Of a stretch of 64,000 nt of DNA, positions 20,716 to 30,967 are shown piece by piece. The position numbers and the translations under genes are program-made. Origin of the DNA: Candidatus Hodarchaeota archaeon (GTDB lineage Archaea; Asgardarchaeota; Heimdallarchaeia; Hodarchaeales; Hodarchaeaceae). Location of the stretch: positions 1 to 64,000 of the forward strand of contig JAEOTM010000187.1 in assembly GCA_016839815.1 (NCBI GenBank). Reading direction: 5' to 3'. The notes beneath the pieces were generated by a model, which worked only from the letters and a program-made list of their open reading frames with translations, ran no database searches and had not been told where the DNA came from. Numbering within the stretch: position 1 is the first letter of the stretch; the number at the start of each line of letters is the position of its first letter.

Positions 20716-22944
20716 TTAAATCCTCACTATTAAGTCAGAGGGTAATTCTATGCGAAATTCATTACCCTGCTCTTTTGATGGTGTAATGAGGAGTTTTCCA
20801 TTATAATATTGAGCAATGACTGAAGCCAGAGTTAGGCCAGAGTAGTGCCCCAAGCTCTCCCATTCTTCTGTAACTGCTTGTGAAATTCGATTCGATAAAT
20901 CTAAAGGCAGTGGTTCTGTATGTTGATCCTGTATTTTAAGAATAAACTTCGATTCTTTAAAAATCCATCCACATGAGACTATTATACTCTGGGATGTAGA
21001 TTTCGCAATGTAGACAAAAATTTCGGATAATAGTTCTTCGAAGTTCTCGTCTATCAGAATAAAAATTCCTAGATCCTCACAAATTATATCAACTGAAATC
21101 CCATAAATTGAAGCAGTGTCTTTAATCGTCTTCCAGAGAGAAGTTTGTTTAAACAAGGCAATATTAGAATTTAAATCAGATTGCAAGACTGAATAGATTT
21201 TGTCCACTCGTTCTATAGTTGTGGATGCACGTTCACAAATATCAATAACGTTCTGGAAGTCCTTTTCTGACCTTTCATTATCACTTTGGCCCATAAGTTC
21301 CAATGCAAAAGTTATTTTTTGTAAATCATTTTTAATGAAATGAGATTGCATCGTATGATAGAGTTCCTCTTCACGTTTAACTTTCTTCAATTTTTCTTCT
21401 ACCGCTAATCTCTCTGTCATATCTGTGGAGACGCAAAGTACACCATTGAATTTATTGTCTTCAGTAAAAAGTGGGGTTGCGGTAATTTTAACTGGAACCT
21501 TATTCCCGTCTACTGTTTTCATGAAGGATTCATAGGTGCTTGAAATACCTAAGGGACGTTTTTCAGTTTCTTTGATTGATTCTTCTATTGATTCAAATGG
21601 AGTAAAAGTGGTCCAATGTTTCCCAAGTATTTCCTCCTCTGAGGAACCAATCAATTCAACGCCCTTTGGATTTACAAACGTGATATTCCCCATATGATTT
21701 TCGAGAAAAACAGCCTCCTCCATTTTTTCCACCAACATCCGATATTTTTCTTCACTGACTTTCAACGCATCTTCGATTATTTTTCGCTCTGTGATATCAA
21801 TTGAAGTGTTGCATAGAGCATATATTTCTCCATTTTCATCCTTTAAGGGGAATTTTGTTGCAAGATAAGACCGTCCAGTTGTCTCTCCAATCTCCTCGAA
21901 CTGCATGGATTCGCCAACAGTTAATACTTTCTTTTCATTTTCAATCCATAATTCTCTTTCCGAGTATTTAAATAATTCAATGGGAGTTTTTCCTATCACA
22001 TCTTGTCGTTTTAACCGTGTTCGCTCACACCACATCTTATTTACAAGTAAAAATCGCCCTTGTAAATCTCTCACATACACAGCGTTGGGGGAATTATCGA
22101 ACATATCCTGTAATTGCTGTTTTGTTCTGTTGACAGCTTGTTCAGCCTTTACACGATCTGTAATATCACTGGAAATTATCCCTAGCCCATTGCCTACCTT
22201 AAATGCCTTAACAGAAAGATAACGGTTACCGAATTTTGGATGAGCAACAATATTATCAATTTGTATCGGTATTCCCGTTTTGAGGCATTTCTGATACTTC
22301 TTATACCGATCACTATCAATCATGTCAGGTACTAATTCTGTGATATGTTTATTGACTAGATCTCCTTTCATTGTACCTTCAGGAAATCTGTTTACCCCAG
22401 CTTTGTTTGTATCGACTAAGCGAAGCTCCGAATCAAAAAGAAAATATCCATCTGGTGAAGCTTCTATAAAAGAACTAATCTTTTCTTCTAGTAAATGCCT
22501 TTCTGAAATATCACGGATGATTACAAGGTCAGCATTTGATCCCTGAAATTTTATTAATTTAGCATTTATTTCTACAACCACTAAATCCCCATCACTTTTT
22601 TTCAGAAAGATTTCATAAACAGAAGGAACATTTTCTCCCTTAATTCGTTTACTATAGCGTTCACGTACAATAGGGAGTACAAGTGGATGTATATAATTTG
22701 TAAATGGAGTATCTAGAGCTTCTTCTAGTTTAATTCCAACCATGGATTCCAAACTTTTATTTGCGTATTTTATAAGTCCATCCTGAATAAGAACAATACC
22801 ATCATTGGCTTCTTCGGCTATTGATTTATATTTCAGAAATTCCCTATTCAAGGAGGAAATACTTTCTTCTAACTCTTTGATTCGAAATCTGGAGTCCTTT
22901 AACTCTTTTATGAGTTCAGCTTGAGATTTGTTTATATCATACAT
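20716..22944 (-). CDS. PAS-domain (4x) sensor with a degenerate histidine-kinase module
   Basis: Four PAS/PAC units ending in DISER, DITDR, DITER and DMTER; H-box-like SHFIKNDL; eroded HATPase domain. Confidence 0.85.
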   Translation of the reverse strand: MYDINKSQAELIKELKDSRFRIKELEESISSLNREFLKYKSIAEEANDGIVLIQDGLIKYANKSLESMVGIKLEEALDTPFTNYIHPLVLPIVRERYSKRIKGENVPSVYEIFLKKSDGDLVVVEINAKLIKFQGSNADLVIIRDISERHLLEEKISSFIEASPDGYFLFDSELRLVDTNKAGVNRFPEGTMKGDLVNKHITELVPDMIDSDRYKKYQKCLKTGIPIQIDNIVAHPKFGNRYLSVKAFKVGNGLGIISSDITDRVKAEQAVNRTKQQLQDMFDNSPNAVYVRDLQGRFLLVNKMWCERTRLKRQDVIGKTPIELFKYSERELWIENEKKVLTVGESMQFEEIGETTGRSYLATKFPLKDENGEIYALCNTSIDITERKIIEDALKVSEEKYRMLVEKMEEAVFLENHMGNITFVNPKGVELIGSSEEEILGKHWTTFTPFESIEESIKETEKRPLGISSTYESFMKTVDGNKVPVKITATPLFTEDNKFNGVLCVSTDMTERLAVEEKLKKVKREEELYHTMQSHFIKNDLQKITFALELMGQSDNERSEKDFQNVIDICERASTTIERVDKIYSVLQSDLNSNIALFKQTSLWKTIKDTASIYGISVDIICEDLGIFILIDENFEELLSEIFVYIAKSTSQSIIVSCGWIFKESKFILKIQDQHTEPLPLDLSNRISQAVTEEWESLGHYSGLTLASVIAQYYNGKLLITPSKEQGNEFRIELPSDLIVRI

Positions 22945-23142
22945 TAGGTAATCGATCCTAATTCCCGAATCCTATAGACTATCAGTCTCTAAACATGATC
23001 AATATCAAATTTAGGTGGGAGTCAGATATAGAGCTCTAATATGGAAATCATGATCGATATTTCTAAAAAACTCTTCCAAATCAATTATGGAGAAAAACCA
23101 AAATCTCCATTTAGTATCTATAATTTCCAGGCAGATTTCATT

Positions 23143-24318
23143 CTATGACAAAGTTTCTTCAAATGTTAATGACATAATCATTTCATTAATATTTGAGGTC
23201 GAAATGCCGAAATTTTCGAACAATACGCCAAGTCCACTTTTTACGAAAAGATTCAGATCAAGAATTTCTCCTGAAGTGATTATAGAGGTGAATTTTTGAT
23301 CAAATGCAGATGAAAATCGCTCTATTGAGTCCCTTAGATAAGAATTCGCTTGAGGAGTAAGAATCAAAGCAATAAACGATTGTTTGGTTTCGAGCATTAA
23401 TCGGTATTTATTTTTCATAAGAACTTCTGCAATCGGAGAGGACGATTTAATGGATTCTGACATTAACATTGTAATGGCGACAACCGCTCCTGAAAACAAA
23501 GTCTCGTTTATATAGTGAACATTCTCTTTGAAGTCAAAATGAAATAATGGGATACCATTCAGATTTGTAACTAGAATTTTATCTGCCTTACGACGATTAT
23601 AATGGCTGTAATGGCGGGATTTTCCAAATGAAAATATCAAAACAATATAACCGGTTATAATAATTCCTCTTATCAAGGCCTCAGTAATATAAGAGGTTGG
23701 GAGAGTAAAGAAAAGAAATAGAATGGATATTATTAACGGGATAAAGGATATTAGTACAATACTAATCACCATTGTAATCAATTGTCCCCTCTGTGTAATC
23801 CAGACGTCTTTAAACCCTCTTCGTAACGTTGAGATTACTAAAATCCCAATTATTCCTCCAAACAAATAAACGAATAGAATGGAGGGAGAATCAAGACTCT
23901 GTCCGAACATTTGTTCTTCACTTAGCCAGATTGTTTGAGGTGTGGCGAGGAGTATGAAGATTCCAGCTACGGTTGTAAGAATCGTTCCGATCATTTGTTG
24001 TTGAGTAAGTAAAGTTTCATGTTCAAAATATTCGAACACTAAGAGTAGAAAATACATAGATATAAGAGAACTCAATATATCAAGGGTTTCGATATAATGG
24101 AATACTTTGAGATCAGCTTCAGGAATGAACATTCCACTTATATTTAATCCATTAGATATTAAGTTTGTAATCATTACGAAAAGAAGTACGATAAGGATGC
24201 GAGAGTAACTGGAGCCTAGATACTTACGTGCGATAAAGTAAACTAATGATAATTCGAAAATCATTACTATAAGTTGGATTACAAAAGCCCACGTAACTTC
24301 AGATGTAAACAAAGGCAT
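23143..24318 (-). CDS. 7-TM membrane protein with a C-terminal longin/roadblock-like domain
   Basis: Seven hydrophobic helices in aa ~9-230; tail ILVTNLNGIPLF..LFSGAVVAI..SE..LRDSIERFSSAFDQKF. Confidence 0.7.
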   Translation of the reverse strand: MPLFTSEVTWAFVIQLIVMIFELSLVYFIARKYLGSSYSRILIVLLFVMITNLISNGLNISGMFIPEADLKVFHYIETLDILSSLISMYFLLLVFEYFEHETLLTQQQMIGTILTTVAGIFILLATPQTIWLSEEQMFGQSLDSPSILFVYLFGGIIGILVISTLRRGFKDVWITQRGQLITMVISIVLISFIPLIISILFLFFTLPTSYITEALIRGIIITGYIVLIFSFGKSRHYSHYNRRKADKILVTNLNGIPLFHFDFKENVHYINETLFSGAVVAITMLMSESIKSSSPIAEVLMKNKYRLMLETKQSFIALILTPQANSYLRDSIERFSSAFDQKFTSIITSGEILDLNLFVKSGLGVLFENFGISTSNINEMIMSLTFEETLS

Positions 24319-24451
24319 ATTCCTTTACCTTTCCGATTTTCTTTGCTTCTAAGGACTGTAGAATGAAGAATTCCATGAATTTAAGATACTATCTTTCGAT
24401 AACTTAAGATGAATTTAGATACTATTTAAACTGATACTAATTGGAACAGGG

Positions 24452-25873
24452 TCATTTGAATTTATGATGGTGTAGCTCGTTTTTCTCTTTATCCACTCTT
24501 TCAAATCCATGAGCGCCAAAGTATTCCCTTTGTGCTTGTATTAAATTTGCGGGAAGCTCCAAGCTTCTATATCCATCAAAGTATGCTAAAGCGGCAGAAA
24601 ACGCGGGAATTGGAATACCATTCTCAATTGCTAATGCTACAAGATATCGCCAATCGTCTTGATTATTATCAAGAATAAAGGTAAAGTAAGGGTCTACTAA
24701 AAGATTATCCAATTTATTATTTTTCTGAAAAGCATCAATAATTCGATCAAGAGCTTTCGCACGGATGATACATCCATTTCGCCAGATCGAAGCAATCAAT
24801 TCAGGGTTTAAATCCCAATCATATTGTAGAGAGGCAGTTTTTAATAGGGAAAATCCTTGTGCATAAGAACAAAGTTTGGCAGCATATAACGCATTCCGTG
24901 TCGTCTCAATAAGTCGATTTTTATTATCTGAATAGTGCGGTAAGGGGCCATGTAGGATCTTTGATGCATTTACTCTTTCGTTCTTCATCGCAGAAAGAAA
25001 TCGTGCTTGAACTGATTCTGAAATAATTGAAGTAGGTACTCCAAGTTCTAACGCGTTTTTACTCGTCCACTTTCCTGTTCCTTTTTGAGAAGCACGATCA
25101 TAAATCAAGTCGATTATTGGTTGTCCAGTTTTAGAATCCACTGAGGTGAGTATCTCCCCTGTAATTTGGATCAAATAGGAATTAAGTTCACTCTCTTGCC
25201 AATTTGAAAAAATCTCTGATAATTCTACAGATTTTAAACACAACATTTTCTTTAAAAAGAAATAGGATTCAGCAATTAGTTGCATATCTGCATATTCTAT
25301 TCCGTTATGAACCATTTTAACATAATGTCCTGCCCCATCTGGACCCATATAAGAACAACATGGCTCTTGTTTCGCTTTAGCCGAGATTGTATAGAGAATA
25401 TCTTGCATCGTTTCCCAACCATACTTTGAACCTCCAGGCATCATTGAAGGACCTTTTAATGCTCCTTCTTCTCCTCCAGAAATTCCTATTCCCATGAAAT
25501 GGTAGTTTTTCTTCCGAGAAGCAATACTTCTTCGATTTGTATCCATAAAATATGAATTCCCTCCATCTATAATGATATCATCAGAACTGATGAAGGGTTC
25601 CAAGTTGGAGATTACTTGATCCACCCCAGAACCAGCTTTGACCATCAGAAATATCTTTCGTGGAGATTTCAGATTTTCTGTAAATTCCTTGATACTAAAG
25701 AATCCCTTAATATACTTTTCCTTCCCTCTATCTTTAATAAACATCTTAGTTTTTGATTTTGTTCTATTATAGACCGCGATAGTATAGCCATTTCTTTCCA
25801 TATTCAAAACTAAATTTTGTCCCATTACCCCCAAACCAATTAAGCCAATATCATATTTTTCCATTTTTTTCAC
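24452..25873 (-). CDS. gndA: NADP-dependent 6-phosphogluconate dehydrogenase (decarboxylating)
   Basis: GLGVMG, YNRT, IDGGN, SGGEEGA, VKMVHNGIEY, QKGTGKWT, QAQREYFGAH. Confidence 0.95.
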   Translation of the reverse strand: MKKMEKYDIGLIGLGVMGQNLVLNMERNGYTIAVYNRTKSKTKMFIKDRGKEKYIKGFFSIKEFTENLKSPRKIFLMVKAGSGVDQVISNLEPFISSDDIIIDGGNSYFMDTNRRSIASRKKNYHFMGIGISGGEEGALKGPSMMPGGSKYGWETMQDILYTISAKAKQEPCCSYMGPDGAGHYVKMVHNGIEYADMQLIAESYFFLKKMLCLKSVELSEIFSNWQESELNSYLIQITGEILTSVDSKTGQPIIDLIYDRASQKGTGKWTSKNALELGVPTSIISESVQARFLSAMKNERVNASKILHGPLPHYSDNKNRLIETTRNALYAAKLCSYAQGFSLLKTASLQYDWDLNPELIASIWRNGCIIRAKALDRIIDAFQKNNKLDNLLVDPYFTFILDNNQDDWRYLVALAIENGIPIPAFSAALAYFDGYRSLELPANLIQAQREYFGAHGFERVDKEKNELHHHKFK

Positions 25874-27138
25874 TTAGTTTGTAGAAAGCTCTTTTTTGTA
25901 GACCATAATCCTAATCCTGGATTACGTATGAAATATATCTCCTCTCCCGATTCGAGTATATTCACTCCTTCATTCAATGTATTTGGATTATACATTCGTA
26001 ATGCTTCTGTTATATTACTATATTGATACTTAACTCCCTTGATCTCGTCTGATGAAAGATATTCAGTGCAATAAGTAACCTTAAACCGATCTTCCGATGA
26101 ACCATGAATTAAGTGAGCTGCAGCAGAGAGATTATCTCGCAGGTCAGTGTTTTTTTCCACCGCATCTAATACATTGAATGTTGTATCGTAACCATACTTA
26201 CGAATCAAGGAATCGATTTTTCTATCTTCACCAAAGCGGTTTAGACCTGGAGCAAGGATAATTATCTCCCCGTCATCCTCGAGAGCCATTCTTGTTCTAT
26301 AAATCGCTTTGTTTCCAACCCATGTGCTTTTATATTCCGAGGAGTTTAAATAAACGATCACTTTGCTTATTGTATTGTCAAGAAGGGTTACATTCAGCTT
26401 TTGACTTAGATTACTTGCTTTTCTAAACGGATCATCCTTTTCACCAAAAAATAAACCATTCAGTGTATTTCTTCCAGAATCATTCGGTTTAATAACAGTA
26501 TGGATGTATACTAGCGGAAGTTCATCGAGGAAATGTTCACTAGCATAATTGAATAGCTCTCTCACGGGTGTATCGCTTCTTCCCATGATTCTCTCCATTC
26601 CGTAACAAGCTCCTAAGAAATGGCTCTTGTTTATGATATCTTTACCACCCACTCCTACCAGGATATTTTTATTTCCGTTCGCCATACCTGCGACTTCATG
26701 AGGCACTACTTGTCCTATTGAGATTATCAGATCAATATCTTTTAGTAATTCTCTGTTAATCTCAACTTTAACGGGATAATTAACTTTCTGCTCAGAGATT
26801 TCTTTCACATATTCTGATGGGATGTTGCCTATCTCTACGATATCATCGCGCCAGTTATGTGTCAAAAATACTTCCTTAGGAATTCGTCCAAACATCAAAG
26901 ACCTTTCTTCTTCTGTTAACGGAGTGTGTGTGCCTAAAGCAGGAAGAACTGTTATCTTGGATCTACTCTGGAGGTTCAAATACAATTTCTCGGTTAATCT
27001 TCCTGCTTTTGAGTGAAACCGAGTAAAATCAGGAGGGATAATAAGAACTCGACGCAAATTATTTCCATAGGTTTCAATGAAATCTGTGATAAAATTGTCC
27101 ATTCCTTTCTCGTTAATTCCGAATTCTGGAGAAATCAC
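25870..27138 (-). CDS. LarA/DUF2088 nickel-pincer racemase/epimerase (GntE-like gluconate/mannonate 2-epimerase)
   Basis: PPDFTR, ALGTH, VVPHEVAGMANGNK; located between a sugar kinase and gnd. Confidence 0.8.
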   Translation of the reverse strand: MISPEFGINEKGMDNFITDFIETYGNNLRRVLIIPPDFTRFHSKAGRLTEKLYLNLQSRSKITVLPALGTHTPLTEEERSLMFGRIPKEVFLTHNWRDDIVEIGNIPSEYVKEISEQKVNYPVKVEINRELLKDIDLIISIGQVVPHEVAGMANGNKNILVGVGGKDIINKSHFLGACYGMERIMGRSDTPVRELFNYASEHFLDELPLVYIHTVIKPNDSGRNTLNGLFFGEKDDPFRKASNLSQKLNVTLLDNTISKVIVYLNSSEYKSTWVGNKAIYRTRMALEDDGEIIILAPGLNRFGEDRKIDSLIRKYGYDTTFNVLDAVEKNTDLRDNLSAAAHLIHGSSEDRFKVTYCTEYLSSDEIKGVKYQYSNITEALRMYNPNTLNEGVNILESGEEIYFIRNPGLGLWSTKKSFLQTK

Positions 27139-27153
27139 CTCGGAACTAATTTT

Positions 27154-28722
27154 CTAACCCTCCAGTAATTCTTCTTCAGATGAAATTTTATCAAAGTGTT
27201 TAGGATTGATATATACCTTAAGATAGAGGGAATAAAGTTCGTTTAACGCTTTAGAGCTTTCTCCAATCAAAGGTTTTACAGGATCAAACATTTCAATGGT
27301 TGGGAGTTCCTCGATTGTCTTTAAGTACATTAAAGATCTCATAGCTGTAGCCCAAGCAACTGATTGTTCTTTTTTCATAATACGTACTTTCAGATTAGTT
27401 AATGTTGCGAGTATTGATAAAAAAAATGGACTTTTCCTGGCAATCATTCCTGTAAGACGAATCTCTTTAGAATTATCATTTGAGACAAGAACTTCAAAAT
27501 TATGACGAAACATAAAGGAAATTCCTAAAATCAATGACATATATAGATCAAGAGGTTTTAAGGAGGTAAGATTTCCCTGAATAAACCCTCCTGTGATATT
27601 TCTTCTACCTTGCGGCCCTCTTGGCTCCCCTTCAATATATGGAAAAAATAAGGGTAGTGAGCGAATATAAGAGTGAAAAGATCCTTTTATTTGGGGGAGA
27701 AATAGTTTGATTTCCTCCTCTAACATGTCGATATTTAATTGATTAGTGTCTGTCAAATATCCCTCATAAAAGTTCTTGAAATTAGTAGCAAGCCAATCAA
27801 AAGACGTACCTACGTTATTAAAGGGAATTAATTCAATCCAAGCATCTTTACTTACATGAATAGATTGAATCATGCGACTATCATACTTTTCTTTGCGCGT
27901 ATGTCGCCACCGTCGTAAGGCACCTGTCGTACTGGCTGATCCAACTATAATGTCCGATCTTTGGCCGTGTGTGGCCCAAAAAGCATCAATCCCGTCAATT
28001 GTTCCTGCTACAATTTTGGAATTGCGGAAGAGATGATGGTCTGCCAATTCTGGGGATAAAGGAAGGACTGTACCGAGTGGAATAATTTTTGGTAATATTG
28101 ATCTTTCAAGCTCCAGTTTGTCAAGGAGCGTCCAATGCCAATTTTCTCGTTCAAATGAATATAATCCAGTGTATGAAGCGTTTGGTCAGGTACAAAAAAG
28201 ATCAGCAAAAGGAAGTGCTGATAAATTCCAAGAAATATAGTCATTTATTGTTGTTATCTTAGAACAATTCTCTAATTTTCCCTCTTCACTTAATTGTAGG
28301 AGCTGAACAAAAGGAAGTGCCCCACTAAACATACTTCCAGTTTTTTCTTGAAAATTATCTCCCAAATTCTTAATGAAATCATGTGCTCCCCTATAAGCAT
28401 AGGTGTAAGCTGGATTTAGGGGAGTTCCATCCTCGGAAAGAAGTACAAGAGATGGACCAATACTGGAAACACTCAAAGATAGAACTTGAACGTTCTCAAT
28501 TGTATTATTTAATTCCAAAAATATGCGATTGAGAGTTTCATTCAAATTCTGGAGTTCAATTCGGTTATCTTCATCCCAAATCTGGTTATCAGTATTTTTT
28601 AGCGTTTGGTAAGAAAAATTACGCTTTTTAATTGTATTTCCACTTATATCCAATAGTAATACTCGTATTCCTGATGTGCCCACATCTATACCTAGACAAG
28701 CTTTAATTATTTTGGTCACCAC
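27154..28722 (-). pseudogene. FGGY-family sugar kinase (gluconokinase-like) interrupted by a single in-frame TGA at 28186-28188
   Basis: Track ORFs 28186..28722 (GIDVGTSG) and 27154..28047 (GTIDG, FFPYIEGE) are in the same frame and joined by 46 sense codons: ..DLFCT*PNASYTGLYSFERENWHWTLLDKL.., matching the FGGY NAS.TGL motif. Total length is 523 codons. Confidence 0.75.
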
Positions 28723-28886
28723 TATCAGAAACTCTTTAGAATAGAACCATCTCTAGTTTTATTTTGTTTTCGAAACAGAGATTATTAAAGTTGTTTCTCT
28801 TCTAATAGAGATTCTATCTAAAGTTGGGACAATAAGATTGCGAATTCAATCGTGTATGCTAATATATGCAAAAAGAAGAAGGATAG

Positions 28887-29069
28887 TTAAAGGATTTGTG
28901 ATTGTTGGTTTTCAAAGAAAGTTTTACCAAGTCCCATTATTATCCATAAGATGAAAGAAACTACAGTAGCCAATTTATCCAAGAATAATCCACTTATCGC
29001 GAAGAGAATGCCTAAGATGCCCACAATGATAAATATTTGATCATTTTTCATTTTCTTCACAGATTTCAT
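28887..29069 (-). CDS. Small 2-TM hypothetical protein
   Basis: 60-aa ORF with two hydrophobic stretches, co-oriented with neighbours. Confidence 0.45.
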   Translation of the reverse strand: MKSVKKMKNDQIFIIVGILGILFAISGLFLDKLATVVSFILWIIMGLGKTFFENQQSQIL

Positions 29070-29099
29070 CGTTAGAATAAAAAAAAGGAGGGGATGAAG

Positions 29100-29840
29100 T
29101 TACAATATTGCTGTCTTTCTCTGAAATAAAGTAATTCCGAGAACAATACCTCCGATGCCCCACAACGCTATTAAAATAAGATTTAATCCAATTGCTTCAA
29201 AAGTAGAATTACCCAAGTTCATTACTTGGGTCATAGCCTCAACTGCAAGAGAAGTTGGTAAGATATCGATTAGAGTCTCATCCATAAATGCTCCTCCAAG
29301 AAATTGTAGAGGTAGTATTACAAACCAAGCTAAACCACCAGCTGAGCTAGCATTCGTAATAAATGATGCCAAGATTAAACCGAAGCCAAGAGAAGTAATT
29401 GTTACCAAGAAGGGTATGAAGAATAGAAGCAAGACATTTCCATTAGGATGGTAATTTATCCCCAACAATGATCCAGCAACCAGCAAGATAACTACTTGGA
29501 ATGCACCAACTATAGCCTGTGAGACTAAACCTGAAATGAGTAGAGTTTCTCGTGATACTGGTGTCGTTGACAATCTTTGTAGGGTACCTGATTCCTTTTC
29601 TTCAGCGAGATGTGCAGTTAATTGCGAAATAATAACTACTGGTCCTGTTATCAGTAATCCAGGACCCATTACCGTAAGGACATCAGATCCATAAGCAAAT
29701 GTGATTAGGACTATAAAGAGTAATGGGTATCCTAAGAGCCAAACTACTTGAGCTTTGTCTCTTGTCATTGATTTCAGATTTTTTACAACTAAATCTTTTA
29801 ATTTATTTAGATTTTCTGTTCTAGTAATTAATAATTTCAA
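29100..29840 (-). CDS. ABC-2 type exporter permease
   Basis: EEKESGTLQRLSTTP motif, six TM helices. Confidence 0.9.
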   Translation of the reverse strand: MKLLITRTENLNKLKDLVVKNLKSMTRDKAQVVWLLGYPLLFIVLITFAYGSDVLTVMGPGLLITGPVVIISQLTAHLAEEKESGTLQRLSTTPVSRETLLISGLVSQAIVGAFQVVILLVAGSLLGINYHPNGNVLLLFFIPFLVTITSLGFGLILASFITNASSAGGLAWFVILPLQFLGGAFMDETLIDILPTSLAVEAMTQVMNLGNSTFEAIGLNLILIALWGIGGIVLGITLFQRKTAIL

Positions 29841-30787
29841 TTGCGTAGCCTCCTACCAGTTAAATCAATAAATACATCCTCGAGTGTATTCGCTCGGACA
29901 GAAATATCGTACATCTCCACCCTAACCGCATCCATGATCTCAGATATTCTGCGTAAACCACCGAGTGCATTGAGTACAATTCTCTGTTTTCCAAGATTTT
30001 TGCCCCATCGGACATATTCGAGCATTTTTGCCCTCTCAATCACATCAAGTCTCATATCAGGGTTGTTGATCTTGAACTCGATATTGTCACCTTCACCTAA
30101 TCTTCCTTTCAGTTCCTGAGGAGTACCTGTGGCTATGATTTTACCGTGATCGATAATTGTAAGTGCATCTGAGAGATCATCAGCTTCCTCCATACTATGA
30201 GTAGTAAGAATAATAGTACTCTTTCTTTCTTGGAATTCTTTTATGAAATCCCATACCACACGTCGTGATTGAGGATCTAATCCAGCAGTTGGCTCATCAA
30301 AGAATAAAAGTTCAGGTTCATGAACCACAGCCATGAGAACGTTCAATCGACGTTTCATACCACCAGAGAATGTCTTGGTTAAAGAATCAGCTCGATTTAA
30401 CAAGTTCATTTGACCTAAAAGTTCATCAGTACGCTCTTTGTAGTCTTTTTTGGCAATTCCGTGCATTTGTGCAATAAGATGGATATTTTCACGGGCAGTT
30501 AATCGGGGATAGATTACTAGCTCTTGTGGACATACACCAATGCGCTTCTTGATTTCGTTTCTATTTTTCAGCAGGTCATATCCGAGGATAGTGGCACTTC
30601 CACTAGTCGGATAAAGAATAGTAGACAGCATGCGAATTGTGGTAGATTTTCCCGCTCCGTTGGGGCCAAGGACTCCGTATAGGGAACCTTTTGGAATTTT
30701 TAAATCAATACCATCAACAGCATGAATATCAACAAAAAATTTTCGTAAATTATATGTTTCAATTGCATATTCCAATTTTTTCACCAT
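29837..30787 (-). CDS. ABC exporter ATP-binding protein (DrrA family)
   Basis: GPNGAGKST, FSGGMKRR, FFDEPTAGLDPQSR, TLEDVFIDLTGR. Confidence 0.95.
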   Translation of the reverse strand: MVKKLEYAIETYNLRKFFVDIHAVDGIDLKIPKGSLYGVLGPNGAGKSTTIRMLSTILYPTSGSATILGYDLLKNRNEIKKRIGVCPQELVIYPRLTARENIHLIAQMHGIAKKDYKERTDELLGQMNLLNRADSLTKTFSGGMKRRLNVLMAVVHEPELLFFDEPTAGLDPQSRRVVWDFIKEFQERKSTIILTTHSMEEADDLSDALTIIDHGKIIATGTPQELKGRLGEGDNIEFKINNPDMRLDVIERAKMLEYVRWGKNLGKQRIVLNALGGLRRISEIMDAVRVEMYDISVRANTLEDVFIDLTGRRLRN

Positions 30788-30967
30788 TTTGATTTTTCTG
30801 GTTATTCACCATTTCAACCGAATAACCTTAGAAATCACCTCCTTATAAGATAGAACTAGTTTCTGCGGTGCCAAATGGCTTGTACAGCAATTCTGCTTGC
30901 TTTTCAAGCAACTTTGCGATACAAGCAATAATTTGGGTTAATAAAGAAAACGAGTAAAAGGAATCCT

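Noticed and set aside
23143-24318. Rhodopsin or true GPCR call for the 7-TM protein
   Set aside because: There is no retinal-binding Lys in helix 7 and no GPCR signature motifs; only the topology is similar.
28186-28188. Genome-wide UGA reassignment
   Set aside because: TGA terminates intact genes here (nurA, rdhA, the GT-A gene, gnd), so the code is standard.
28008-28244. 78-aa ORF suggesting a double frameshift in the kinase
   Set aside because: The two kinase halves are already in one frame, separated only by a TGA; this ORF is an off-frame shadow.
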